Notes under the pieces: model-generated
Told to the model about the DNA's origin: nothing
Database searches by the model: none
Seen by the model: the letters and a program-made list of their open reading frames with translations, nothing else
Source of the DNA: a virus
Direction: 5' to 3' (one strand)
Virus record (IMG/VR): IMGVR_UViG_3300045988_110724
Location: 1 to 43,297 of that record
Length of the DNA stretch: 43,297 bases
Shown: one piece after another, positions 33,786 to 42,588 of the stretch
How the letters are laid out: the number at the start of each line of letters is the position of its first letter
How positions within the stretch are numbered: position 1 is the first letter of the stretch
Made by a program: the position numbers and the translations under genes

Positions 33786-34649
33786 CTAGACTGTAGGAAT
33801 TTCATCCCCCGCAGCTTGACCAACAGTTGCACTCTTAACAACCTTTACAATGTAGTTCTGATTTGTTAAGGCGAAAATACCATACTTTCTTAAGAAAACT
33901 GTGTTTTCACGCTTGTTAGCATTTTCTGCTGAACGGCTTCCTCTAGTTGAAGATTCGGCTTCTGCACCCTTCTTGTTGTAGTAAGTGACTGCTTCTTTAG
34001 TTGCTACTGCAAATTCTCCTTCTTTTGCTAATGCAGATGTGTAGATGTTTACACCAGCAACAGTTCCGATGTAGCCGCTACGTGCATATGCTTCTACGTA
34101 CTTTAATAAATCTCCTAGATTCTTACGGATTTCTGCAGTGTCTTTCTTATTAACTAATGCGAAAACGCCTAAGCCTGTGATTTCAGTTGATTCGCTGATT
34201 TTTAAGTCTTTGATAGATGCTACTGCATCAACGAAAGAGTTGAAATCAAACTTGGCAGTTTCCACTTTCTGAGTGGCTTTCGCAAACTCTGCGATAGCCT
34301 TCTTCTGAGCAGTGTTGAACATATCAACTGCCTGGTGCTCTAAGCCTTTATCAACTACTAATGGATCTTCCATTTCATCTTCATCATACCAATCGAATCT
34401 GTTCTGTAATGTCTCGATTGTGTATTCTGTTTCAGTGTAGTTGGCTGTGATTGACTTAGTGTTCCCTTCACCCTTTGCTACTGTTTCTGTACCGTCAGTT
34501 GCTACATAGGTACGGATTTTTTTCTTCATGCCAGGTTCGCCTGTTAATGAGTTATCAACAGTGCAGAACTGCATTAAATCTAGATATGTCTGGTATTGGT
34601 CTTCAAACTTGTTTTCCAATACATAATTAGGATATGGTGTGTTTGCCAT
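33786..34649 (-). CDS. Major capsid protein
   Basis: 287 aa, directly after the scaffolding gene. Its composition is typical of small HK97-fold capsid proteins that lack a delta domain. Confidence 0.75.
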   Translation of the reverse strand: MANTPYPNYVLENKFEDQYQTYLDLMQFCTVDNSLTGEPGMKKKIRTYVATDGTETVAKGEGNTKSITANYTETEYTIETLQNRFDWYDEDEMEDPLVVDKGLEHQAVDMFNTAQKKAIAEFAKATQKVETAKFDFNSFVDAVASIKDLKISESTEITGLGVFALVNKKDTAEIRKNLGDLLKYVEAYARSGYIGTVAGVNIYTSALAKEGEFAVATKEAVTYYNKKGAEAESSTRGSRSAENANKRENTVFLRKYGIFALTNQNYIVKVVKSATVGQAAGDEIPTV

Positions 34650-34654
34650 ATATG

Positions 34655-35230
34655 TTATTCTCCTTTGCCGTAAATTGACTGATATTCACTAGGATTTTCT
34701 TCAGCGAACTTCATCTGTTCCCTTAATGACATTGTGCTTAACTTCTCTTTTGTCATGATATCGTCGTGATTATCGTCCTGTCCTGGCGTTTTTGTATTGT
34801 TTAACGCCTCTGCTTTGTATTTCTTGTTTAATTCAGCATTAAAAATCTCTTGCTGCTTGAAAAATGATTTCATATCACCCTCGGCTAAAGCACTAGCCAC
34901 TTTGTGCGCACTCTCCTCGTTATATCCCATAGATATGAATTTTTTCTCATTTTCCATGATTGATAGTTTTTTTGTGAGATCAGCATTTTGACTGGCCAAT
35001 TCATCCATCTGTCTCTGAGTTTCTTCTTTATTAATTTCTTCCTGTGATTTATTCGCATTGAGCTGCTTTCTATAACTGGCTGCTTCCTTTGCGTTTTTAT
35101 CACTCTTATCTTTCATAGCGTTATATTCTCTGACTGATACAGTAGAATTGTCTGCTTCTAACATTTCGATTAAATCTTCGATTGTTGTGTCTTCAGTTAA
35201 TCTAGCGCCTAAAATTTCTCTTACGTTCAT
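34655..35230 (-). CDS. Scaffolding protein
   Basis: 191 aa, K/E-rich and helical, lying between the portal and capsid genes. Confidence 0.75.
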   Translation of the reverse strand: MNVREILGARLTEDTTIEDLIEMLEADNSTVSVREYNAMKDKSDKNAKEAASYRKQLNANKSQEEINKEETQRQMDELASQNADLTKKLSIMENEKKFISMGYNEESAHKVASALAEGDMKSFFKQQEIFNAELNKKYKAEALNNTKTPGQDDNHDDIMTKEKLSTMSLREQMKFAEENPSEYQSIYGKGE

Positions 35231-35244
35231 TTTGGTTCTCCTTG

Positions 35245-35340
35245 CTCTTTAAAGTTTTTCTCTAACTATGTATGTGCTTTTTAAAGTTTTTCTCTAACTA
35301 TATATGTGCTCTTTAAAGTTTTTCTCTAACTCAAATATAC
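35245..35340. repeat. Three tandem 32-bp repeats in the portal-scaffold intergenic region
   Basis: Copies at 35245-35276, 35277-35308 and 35309-35340. The core is CT(C/T)TTTAAAGTTTTTCTCTAACT, and each copy contains the palindrome CTTTAAAG. Confidence 0.9.
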
Positions 35341-35353
35341 TTACCTAAATATG

Positions 35354-36877
35354 CTAACCGGAATTTACGAATGACATCTGTATATTCTGGTCATCTGTAA
35401 CTGTTGCTGGGTTATCACCCTGTGGATCGTTCTGCAAGTCTTTGCCTTTGCCATCATCATTGATGTCAGCTTTCAATTCTGTGTTGTATGCTGCATCCAG
35501 GTACTCCCTGCTGTCCACATACACCTGTTGAGGGTCGCTGAATAAGTCAGCAGTCTGAATGGCAACTCTTGGATGGATGCCGAATGTCTTCATATTTAGA
35601 AGCCCCTGTGTCTTGACAAGCATATTAGTGACCTTGTTTCTAGAGAACTTGATGTCAATATCTCTTAGTTTGACTTCTTCCTTAACAACTGTATTGCTTC
35701 GGTCGAGAATGTTTTTAACGATAGCGAGGAACTTCTTTTCCCCTTCGTCAAACATCTCTTCAAGTCGATAAGCATCTTCTTCTGCTTCCTGCCATCCACC
35801 ACTCAGCATAGATGACTGCCCTGTTGTAGAACCACTCTGTGCTTCCCTAGAAGGCATTGCGCAGATCTGCAGTAACTGGGCATATAAGTAATCACTCAGA
35901 CTCTGAATTTCATTCTGATTGAGTGATGTCTCAATCGTCTTTACGGACGCTGTAGTTCCGTTTCTGCTTGTTGTGGATAATGCACCGTTCTCTCTAAGTT
36001 CGTCATAGTCTTCTTTATTCATGTCAACGTTATCAAACCAAATGAATGACTGTACATTCTGTGCCAGTCCATTCAGTCTGTCGCTTGTGCATGTGTTGAT
36101 CGCATTTAACAGCCCGATGGCTCTCTCAAAGCAGCCCATCTTGTCATAATCCTGTCGATATTCAACGATAGGGATTGCTCCGATACCATTTACGCTTTCT
36201 TCGACCTCGCCGACATGTGTATCTGTGAACTGAAACACCCTGTCATTCGTGTAGGCCGTATAATGCGTTTCTTCTACAATCCCTTTATCATTCATATCAC
36301 GCCAGTATGTGACTGCAAGTAACGGATCGTGAAAAATGTCGGGACTGTAGATGATGAATGTGTTCATAGGGTCCAGGTTGACAATTCTAAAAGGTGTATA
36401 AGCAGTTTTGTCCTTCTGAGGAAAAACACCTCTATATCCCACACCGCATGTCAGAAATGTCTTTGCTAGTTCCTGGTCCTTTGTGTGCTTTCTTTCGTCA
36501 AAACACATACTGTTTAATTCACCGATGTACCCATCGTCCTCATCTGATGTAGTCTCGCTCTTCAATTCCTGTTCAGCCTTCTGAACATATCTGATTGGCG
36601 AGCCAAACACGAAAGCTGTCTTGAAATTAACAATCTGTGATGCGTGATTCTCTACTATCTTCTCGTTGATTTCGGGTCTTACAGGTTTCTCTCTATCAAG
36701 GATGTCCTGTCTTCCCTTCTCGTACTCGATAAGGTACTTTATATCCTTACGATTTAATTCGTGCGTCTGCATCGCATATGTGACTACTTTCTGAACATTA
36801 TCTCTTGTGATTTCTGATTCACTTGAATAGATTGTCTTTCTGCCTCTGTTAATCACCAGCGTTGCCTCCTTCCACAC
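35354..36877 (-). CDS. Portal protein (SPP1 gp6-like)
   Basis: About 500 aa downstream of terL. The probable start is GTG 36856, 8 nt after AGGAGG; the track start GTG 36877 is also possible. Confidence 0.85.
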   Translation of the reverse strand: MWKEATLVINRGRKTIYSSESEITRDNVQKVVTYAMQTHELNRKDIKYLIEYEKGRQDILDREKPVRPEINEKIVENHASQIVNFKTAFVFGSPIRYVQKAEQELKSETTSDEDDGYIGELNSMCFDERKHTKDQELAKTFLTCGVGYRGVFPQKDKTAYTPFRIVNLDPMNTFIIYSPDIFHDPLLAVTYWRDMNDKGIVEETHYTAYTNDRVFQFTDTHVGEVEESVNGIGAIPIVEYRQDYDKMGCFERAIGLLNAINTCTSDRLNGLAQNVQSFIWFDNVDMNKEDYDELRENGALSTTSRNGTTASVKTIETSLNQNEIQSLSDYLYAQLLQICAMPSREAQSGSTTGQSSMLSGGWQEAEEDAYRLEEMFDEGEKKFLAIVKNILDRSNTVVKEEVKLRDIDIKFSRNKVTNMLVKTQGLLNMKTFGIHPRVAIQTADLFSDPQQVYVDSREYLDAAYNTELKADINDDGKGKDLQNDPQGDNPATVTDDQNIQMSFVNSG

Positions 36878-37007
36878 GAATTTCTATCTCTTTCTTGTCT
36901 ACCTTGCACCAGAGATAAAGCGTACCGCTTGTATCGTCGCTTACTCTGCCTAGTATCTTCTTTTTTCCTCTCTTCAAGCAGAGAGGACAATATATATTCT
37001 TTTTCAT
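36849..37007 (-). CDS. Small Cys-rich KTR-like zinc-finger protein (52 aa)
   Basis: MKKNIYCPLCLKRGKKKILGRVSDDTSGTLYLWCKVDKKEIEIRVE. A GGGAGGA RBS lies before ATG 37007. This is an internal start within the 82-aa track ORF. Confidence 0.5.
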   Translation of the reverse strand: MKKNIYCPLCLKRGKKKILGRVSDDTSGTLYLWCKVDKKEIEIRVEGGNAGD

Positions 37008-37127
37008 TGATTTCCTCCCTGTAATGAATAGATATGAGGGATGCCTTGTAGGTGACATAGGGGGTAGGCAAATGAATGCAGGCATCCCTAATATCATTGT
37101 ATTTTGCAGAGAGAGAAACGGCGCCTT

Positions 37128-38786
37128 TTAGCATGGTCTTTTGAATATTTTTTTCATCGTTCCATAGCCTCCGTACAGTCTGTCACACAACTGCGACAAG
37201 CTGTCGGGAGCATCGTCGTGCTCATTCTTACCGAGTATCTTGAATGAGAACAGGTTATTCATGAACATTGAATATTCTTTTGAACGTTTGCCTGGCTCAA
37301 GGAAATAGAACTCTCTAATATCGGGCGCATTCTGAAATATACGCACCTCTTTTGCCTTTGTTGTCGGCGCACTGTGTGATGTTATGACACACTTGTAATC
37401 AAGTCGTGCAAGTTCCTTCTCTACATCTTCAGCGTACCCTTCACCACCATTATTCTTTTCGACATCGCAGTCCTGTACACCCCACGAAGCGATTTTCTTC
37501 GCTACTTCCGGCTGTGTTATTCTCTTATCGCCGTTATTGAACACAACGTCTGGTATATATACTGTTCCGTCTGCATACTGATAGGCTATCGGAGCACTCA
37601 CGTAGTCACCGCCGCCCCAGGCAGTATCTACTACGGTCAGTCTTCTGATTGGTTCCTCACTTGGCAGTATTCCGTTATAGAACTTCATATCTCCACCGTT
37701 GAACAATGCACCCTCACGTTCTACAGGCTCTCCCTGGTACTGTGCGAACCATGAAGCCATGTCGTTATTTCTCTCGAATGACGCCCTTCTCTGCTGATAG
37801 TATTCAGTAGAGAATCCAACACCATAGTCATAGTCGAAATTGGATTCATCATTCTCATTGAGCGCTGGCAGATTCACAATCTTGTACTTTCTTGACCTGT
37901 AGTTCGGATCATTCAATATAAGGTCCTGTCTTAGGCCGGCCGGGTCCACGAGCGACCATCTAGTACCTATCCATAACACCTTGCTCCCCTGTTTTGCACG
38001 TGTGATGAGGTTGTTATCTACTAATTTCCATGTCTTGTACATACGCTCCGGATTGAGTGCTTCTTCGATACCGCCAATCAAGTCATCACCGATAAGCACG
38101 CCGTTACAGTCACATGAACCGTTCAGTGTTCCATAGATAGAACGGCATGTAAGTGTTGGATATCTCTTCTTTCGCTCTAAATCCAATGTGTTTAATCTAG
38201 AGTTCTGATTCACTATGACGGATGCCGGAAAAATCTCACTGTATGTATAGGTCATATTGTCATTGATGATTTCATTTATACCTTCATAGAATGAATGCGT
38301 AATCGTGTCAGAGAAACTGCTGTACAGATTCGTCTTCTCTGAATTGATTCCCATGAGCCACGTAAGAAAGAACATGATTAATGTTGTCTTGCCTACTCGT
38401 GGCGGCATGGAAATAAACAGTTCCTGTAGATTTCCGTCATGGAGTGCCTGTAAGTCCTCTACAACGGTTCTCAATACCTTCATTCGTGGACGGTAGAACT
38501 GCTCATTGACAGGTCTGTTTATCTCGAGATAAAGCATGTAGTCCTCGAACGAATAATGCGCCGTAAACAGGAATGTCTTCTTATACATCTGATACATGTT
38601 GTATCGCTCCTCGATATCCTTGCTTCTGTTGCTGTTCGCTTCAGCAAGTCTGTGTCTTAAGTCCTTATTCAGATGCAGAAGCGTATCTTTATCGTTCGTA
38701 GCGTAGCAGTTCAATACAATGTCATACTTGGCAGTAAGACTGTCAGTACTCTTGTACAGTTTCACTTTCTTCTTATCTATTGCCAT
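37128..38786 (-). CDS. terL: Terminase large subunit
   Basis: 552 aa. Walker A MPPRVGKTT, Walker B-like VLIGDDL, and a C-terminal nuclease region with VDTAWGGGD. Confidence 0.9.
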   Translation of the reverse strand: MAIDKKKVKLYKSTDSLTAKYDIVLNCYATNDKDTLLHLNKDLRHRLAEANSNRSKDIEERYNMYQMYKKTFLFTAHYSFEDYMLYLEINRPVNEQFYRPRMKVLRTVVEDLQALHDGNLQELFISMPPRVGKTTLIMFFLTWLMGINSEKTNLYSSFSDTITHSFYEGINEIINDNMTYTYSEIFPASVIVNQNSRLNTLDLERKKRYPTLTCRSIYGTLNGSCDCNGVLIGDDLIGGIEEALNPERMYKTWKLVDNNLITRAKQGSKVLWIGTRWSLVDPAGLRQDLILNDPNYRSRKYKIVNLPALNENDESNFDYDYGVGFSTEYYQQRRASFERNNDMASWFAQYQGEPVEREGALFNGGDMKFYNGILPSEEPIRRLTVVDTAWGGGDYVSAPIAYQYADGTVYIPDVVFNNGDKRITQPEVAKKIASWGVQDCDVEKNNGGEGYAEDVEKELARLDYKCVITSHSAPTTKAKEVRIFQNAPDIREFYFLEPGKRSKEYSMFMNNLFSFKILGKNEHDDAPDSLSQLCDRLYGGYGTMKKIFKRPC

Positions 38787-38813
38787 ATTTCCTCCTTATC
38801 TCTTTCATTGCAC

Positions 38814-38850
38814 AAAAAAAGAGCCTACACCATATGTGGTGCATGGCTCT
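38814..38850 (-). terminator. Intrinsic terminator after the recombinase gene, immediately upstream of the terL RBS
   Basis: The minus strand reads GAGCC..CACCAcataTGGTG..GGCTC followed by T7 (plus-strand A-run 38814-38820). Confidence 0.6.
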
Positions 38851-39412
38851 AGGCTCTATGCTTATAATACGTTGCTCTGCTCACATTGCACTGCTTGCAG
38901 GCTTCTGTTATTGATACACCCTGTCTGACCAGGTTATCTACCTCTTCGATTGAGACAGTCGGTCTTCCGATGCTCTTTCCTCTCTTGCGTGCGGCTTTGA
39001 GACCTTCGACGGTTCTCTCCACCATCATGTCATGCTCCTGCTGGGCAAGTGATGAAAGCACCTCGAGGATTATGTTGTTTATCATCTCGATGATCCATTC
39101 CTGTCCGTCCAGTTCAATCATGGTCGTAGGCATATTAAGTATTCTTATTATAACACCCTTTTCCTGGAAAAACCTAATCTCGTCCTTTATGAGCTGTTTA
39201 TTTCTTCCAAGTCTGTCGAGTGCGTGGATGTATAGTTCATCCCCTTTTTTTATCGTTTCCTTCAACTTGCAGTAGTTCGGTCTGTCGATTCTTGTGCCCG
39301 TGTACTTGTCACTGTAAATATAGTCTACATTGTATGAGCGCAGGCTGTCTATCTGCCTGTCGAGAGACTGCTTTCCTGTACTCACTCGTGCGTAGCCGTA
39401 TTTCATCGCCAT
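38849..39412 (-). CDS. Small serine recombinase (resolvase/invertase family) with a C-terminal HTH
   Basis: An N-terminal YGYARVSTGKQSLDRQ catalytic Ser motif, LDRLGRN, and a C-terminal HTH GVSITEACKQCNVSRATYYKH. 187 aa. Confidence 0.9.
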   Translation of the reverse strand: MAMKYGYARVSTGKQSLDRQIDSLRSYNVDYIYSDKYTGTRIDRPNYCKLKETIKKGDELYIHALDRLGRNKQLIKDEIRFFQEKGVIIRILNMPTTMIELDGQEWIIEMINNIILEVLSSLAQQEHDMMVERTVEGLKAARKRGKSIGRPTVSIEEVDNLVRQGVSITEACKQCNVSRATYYKHRA

Positions 39413-39672
39413 TTCCCTCTGTTATCTTCTCTATCGGGCACTTCATCTAGTACGACTGTTCTTTCTGCTCTGTCATTACCGCCTCGTGGTCTGATGATGA
39501 TGTCGTAGTCAAGTTCGTTGCATATGTTGATTAGGATGCTGACCTTTGTATCACTCACTCTAGATATATTGCCAATACTGGCACTACTCTTATATCCTAG
39601 TCTGTCTGCAAGTCTAGCAAATGAGCTGTTATTGTCATCAATCATCTTTCTTAAGCATTCTTTTAAGTTCAT
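39403..39672 (-). CDS. XRE-family HTH regulator, translationally coupled to the recombinase
   Basis: ATG 39672 lies 8 nt after AGGAGG. The HTH is SSFARLADRLGYKSSASIGNISR. Its stop overlaps the recombinase start. Confidence 0.65.
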   Translation of the reverse strand: MNLKECLRKMIDDNNSSFARLADRLGYKSSASIGNISRVSDTKVSILINICNELDYDIIIRPRGGNDRAERTVVLDEVPDREDNRGKWR

Positions 39673-39692
39673 AATATCTACCTCCTGTGCAT

Positions 39693-39734
39693 AGTATATC
39701 ATTACTCTTGGTATGTGTCAACACTATTTAGTGT
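39693..39734 (-). promoter_or_regulatory. Promoter of the HTH-recombinase operon (TTGACA-17-TATACT) with an adjacent 14-bp palindrome
   Basis: The -10 box maps to plus-strand 39693-39698 and the -35 box to 39716-39721. The palindrome ACACTATTTAGTGT lies at 39721-39734. Confidence 0.6.
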
Positions 39735-39867
39735 ATGTCCTTAAAAATAGGCCGTCGGTGGTAGCGGGGTTGAGCAGTATTGGTAAAACCATCAAAAAAA
39801 TGGGGAGGGCGGGGCTATATATAAAAACGTTGTCTAAAAAACGAACGATTAAAAGACATTATAAAAT

Positions 39868-39948
39868 AATCATTATTTAATGATTTTTATTATTGACATT
39901 AGTCATTATCTAATGTATTATACAGGTGTAGTCATTAATAAGTGACTA
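39868..39948 (+). promoter_or_regulatory. Promoter of the amidoligase operon (TTGACA-17-TATTAT) embedded in operator-like palindromes
   Basis: The -35 box is at 39893-39898 and the -10 box at 39916-39921. AATCATTA-TT-TAATGATT lies at 39868-39885. TAGTCATTA occurs at 39900-39908 and again within the palindrome TAGTCATTAATAAGTGACTA at 39929-39948. Confidence 0.6.
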
Positions 39949-40177
39949 AAGATAGTTCATTGACAATTGAATAACGTGAAAATCTCAAAAGGAAAAGAGA
40001 AACGTATATATACATATTGCTATGTATAGTACTGAAAAAGAAAAGAGATTAATCCACAACGTACCAATCTATATATAGATGTACATATTAGAATTAATCT
40101 CTTTATATTAGTGCTATATGTTTAGCCGACAAATAGCAACATGATTATATCATATGTTTTTCTTAAGGTAAAACATT

Positions 40178-41572
40178 ATGGATAATAATTTAGTAAAGTA
40201 TTATGACCACAACGAATTTTCATTTATTTCTATGGAGAAATTAGAAGAATTAAAAGATGAATATTATATTGAATATTCTACCTTAGAAGATTGCTATATC
40301 AATAAAGATACCAGCGATTATGGTTATTGTGATAATGATCTTTTAACTAATGATACTATAGAAAATGGAGATTATATCTATTGTGAAGATACAGAAGATT
40401 ATCAACCAACCGATTACACTGTACATCTAGAAGATACAGACGAATATGTAACGGAGAATTATGAATACCAATATTGTAGTGAATGTGGATCATATTTTAG
40501 TCGTGACTATGAAATGCATTGTCGCGGTGACAATTATTATTGTGATGATTGTTGGGAGGACATGGAACCTGTTATTTATGATTATCATTGTTATCGCGAT
40601 GGTTATTACCCACGTTCTCTAGCACGTGAAAGTCCATTGTTTATGGGGTTTGAATTAGAAGTTGACAACGTACGCGGTGATTGTGAAAGTTTAGCTGCAA
40701 GCGTATTAGATGGTGACAGTACAGACGTATTACATTGTGAATATGATTGTACAGTGGCCTTTGAATTTATTAGTCAACCATGTACACTAGCATATCACAA
40801 GAACCAACATTATAACGATTGGTTCTTTAATGAACTAGATGGCAATTGTGAAAGTCACGACGCTGGTACTTGTGGTTTACACGTACACGTTAACAAGTCG
40901 TTTTTTGATGATCGCAGTTATAACAGATTGAAAACAATTCTTTTCTTCTTTAAAGAGGAATTATTCCAATTTTCACGCCGCCAGCGTTGGGATTATGGTT
41001 ATTCTGACTTTGGAGAAATAATCCGTAAAAACAATGTAACAATGCATAAAGCAAAAAATACTAAACACTATGGCCATTCTACATGGTTCAATGAAAATAA
41101 TAGTTCTACTTACGAATTTAGATTTTTCCGTGGAACTCTTAAGTATGAAACATTTATGGCAAGTCTTGAACTAGTCCACAATATTTGTATGGCTGCAATG
41201 AGTAATAAAGATGTTATCACATGGGATTCACTTCTAGATGGTGATTATTGTAGAGAATACAGCGAATCACGTGAAATCTATTGCGATAGTGAATTGAATT
41301 TAGGTGAGTTAGAAAAGAAAGAAAACGAATTAATGCAAGCAATCAAAAAAGGTTTAGAGGAAAATGTTTTTATCAATTTAAATCATGTTTGTGTTGGTGA
41401 GATTGTAGGAGATACAATCGTTTTCTATTGTCTCTATAACAATAACGGAGAACTACACAAACGCCGTCAAAACTATATTGATCTATCGGAGTTTGAAACC
41501 TTTGAAACACACGGCTATTACTACTTATGTAATAGAAAAGAACTTTCTAACTTGTTAGGGGGTGAATTCTAA
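40178..41572 (+). CDS. Glutamine-synthetase-like amidoligase (Amidoligase_2 family) with a Tyr/Asp/Glu/Cys-rich N-terminal extension containing a zinc ribbon
   Basis: Catalytic-domain motifs FMGFELEV, YDCTVAFEFISQP, GTCGLHVHVNK and TYEFRFFRGTL. The N-terminal 150 aa are low-complexity and include CSEC-x10-HC-x6-CDDC. Confidence 0.8.
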   Translation: MDNNLVKYYDHNEFSFISMEKLEELKDEYYIEYSTLEDCYINKDTSDYGYCDNDLLTNDTIENGDYIYCEDTEDYQPTDYTVHLEDTDEYVTENYEYQYCSECGSYFSRDYEMHCRGDNYYCDDCWEDMEPVIYDYHCYRDGYYPRSLARESPLFMGFELEVDNVRGDCESLAASVLDGDSTDVLHCEYDCTVAFEFISQPCTLAYHKNQHYNDWFFNELDGNCESHDAGTCGLHVHVNKSFFDDRSYNRLKTILFFFKEELFQFSRRQRWDYGYSDFGEIIRKNNVTMHKAKNTKHYGHSTWFNENNSSTYEFRFFRGTLKYETFMASLELVHNICMAAMSNKDVITWDSLLDGDYCREYSESREIYCDSELNLGELEKKENELMQAIKKGLEENVFINLNHVCVGEIVGDTIVFYCLYNNNGELHKRRQNYIDLSEFETFETHGYYYLCNRKELSNLLGGEF

Positions 41573-42438
41573 TGTGCATTATTGCAATCAAGCCAGCTCA
41601 TCATAAAATGATAGATGAGACAACGCTAGAAACAATGTTTAACACCAACCCCGACGGCGCGGGTTATATGTACGCTTATAACAATAGAGTACATATCAAA
41701 AAAGGTTTCATGACATTAAAGGAATTGTTAAATAGCCTTGATAATCTGAAAAAGAAAATCAATATTGAAGAAATACCCTTGATCTTACATTTTCGTATCT
41801 CTACTAGTGGGAAAACAGATGGCGCCACTTGCCATCCTTTTCCTGTCACTAGTGATTTAAGCGCACTAAGAAAAACCCATGTTATAACTAACTTAGGTAT
41901 GGCGCATAATGGTATTATTGGTGATTTTGAAGAAAAGAATAGTATCTATAGCGATACACAATTATTTGTGAATAAGTGTGTATCATATCTCTATGATATA
42001 AATCCTAAATTCTTACACGATGATAGAACGAAAAAGCTGCTAGAACCTATTATAAATGGTTCACGCCTGGCGTTTCTAGACAGTCACGGCAATATATACC
42101 GTTATGGTGACTGGATCGAAAACGATGGTATCTATTATAGTAATGAGGGCTATATCCCATGGCAAACACGCTATTATCATATTAATGATACTTATTATAG
42201 TAAGTACTATTATGGTGATGATTATTATTACTATGGTGATGAGGACCAGGAACTAAAAATTTTAGAGAAATTAGAAGCCTATGAAGAAATCACAAACAGT
42301 GAAGATATCTGTTATATTAGAACTATGTATGATATAGTAGAAGAAACGGAAAACACGGAAATTTATGACGTGGTCGGTATGTTTGTAAAGGTTGATCCTA
42401 TCGCAAGCCGTGCTATTCGTATCGAGGGGGTTGATTAA
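41572..42438 (+). CDS. Class-II (Ntn-type) glutamine amidotransferase-like protein with a poly-Tyr/Asp segment and a C-terminal extension
   Basis: Cys2 nucleophile (MCIIAIK), HFRISTSGKTDGATCHPF, MAHNGIIGDF and YSDTQLF. Its start overlaps the upstream stop (TAATG). The tail is YYHINDTYYSKYYYGDDYYYYGDED. Confidence 0.8.
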   Translation: MCIIAIKPAHHKMIDETTLETMFNTNPDGAGYMYAYNNRVHIKKGFMTLKELLNSLDNLKKKINIEEIPLILHFRISTSGKTDGATCHPFPVTSDLSALRKTHVITNLGMAHNGIIGDFEEKNSIYSDTQLFVNKCVSYLYDINPKFLHDDRTKKLLEPIINGSRLAFLDSHGNIYRYGDWIENDGIYYSNEGYIPWQTRYYHINDTYYSKYYYGDDYYYYGDEDQELKILEKLEAYEEITNSEDICYIRTMYDIVEETENTEIYDVVGMFVKVDPIASRAIRIEGVD

Positions 42439-42588
42439 TTGTTTAGATTATTGATTTATTTATGTTTTTTTCCGTTGTGGTTGATATGGTGGTTTATTAA
42501 AATTGTAGCGTGGTTCATGCTGCAGCTTGAAATATTCTTACTTAGTTTCAATGGTAGTAGTGCAATAAAAAGAAGAAGAAGATGGTAA
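42439..42588 (+). CDS. 49-aa hydrophobic peptide with an RRRRW tail (TTG start)
   Basis: Hand translation (M)FRLLIYLCFFPLWLIWWFIKIVAWFMLQLEIFLLSFNGSSAIKRRRRW. GAGGGGG lies 8 nt upstream, and the operon terminator overlaps its 3' end. Confidence 0.45.
   Translation: MFRLLIYLCFFPLWLIWWFIKIVAWFMLQLEIFLLSFNGSSAIKRRRRW

Noticed and set aside
36853-37134. A 93-aa ORF between terL and the portal gene.
   Set aside because: It overlaps the terL stop region and lacks a convincing RBS. It competes with the other frame, which has a strong GGGAGGA RBS and a zinc-ribbon-like motif. It is kept only as an alternative.
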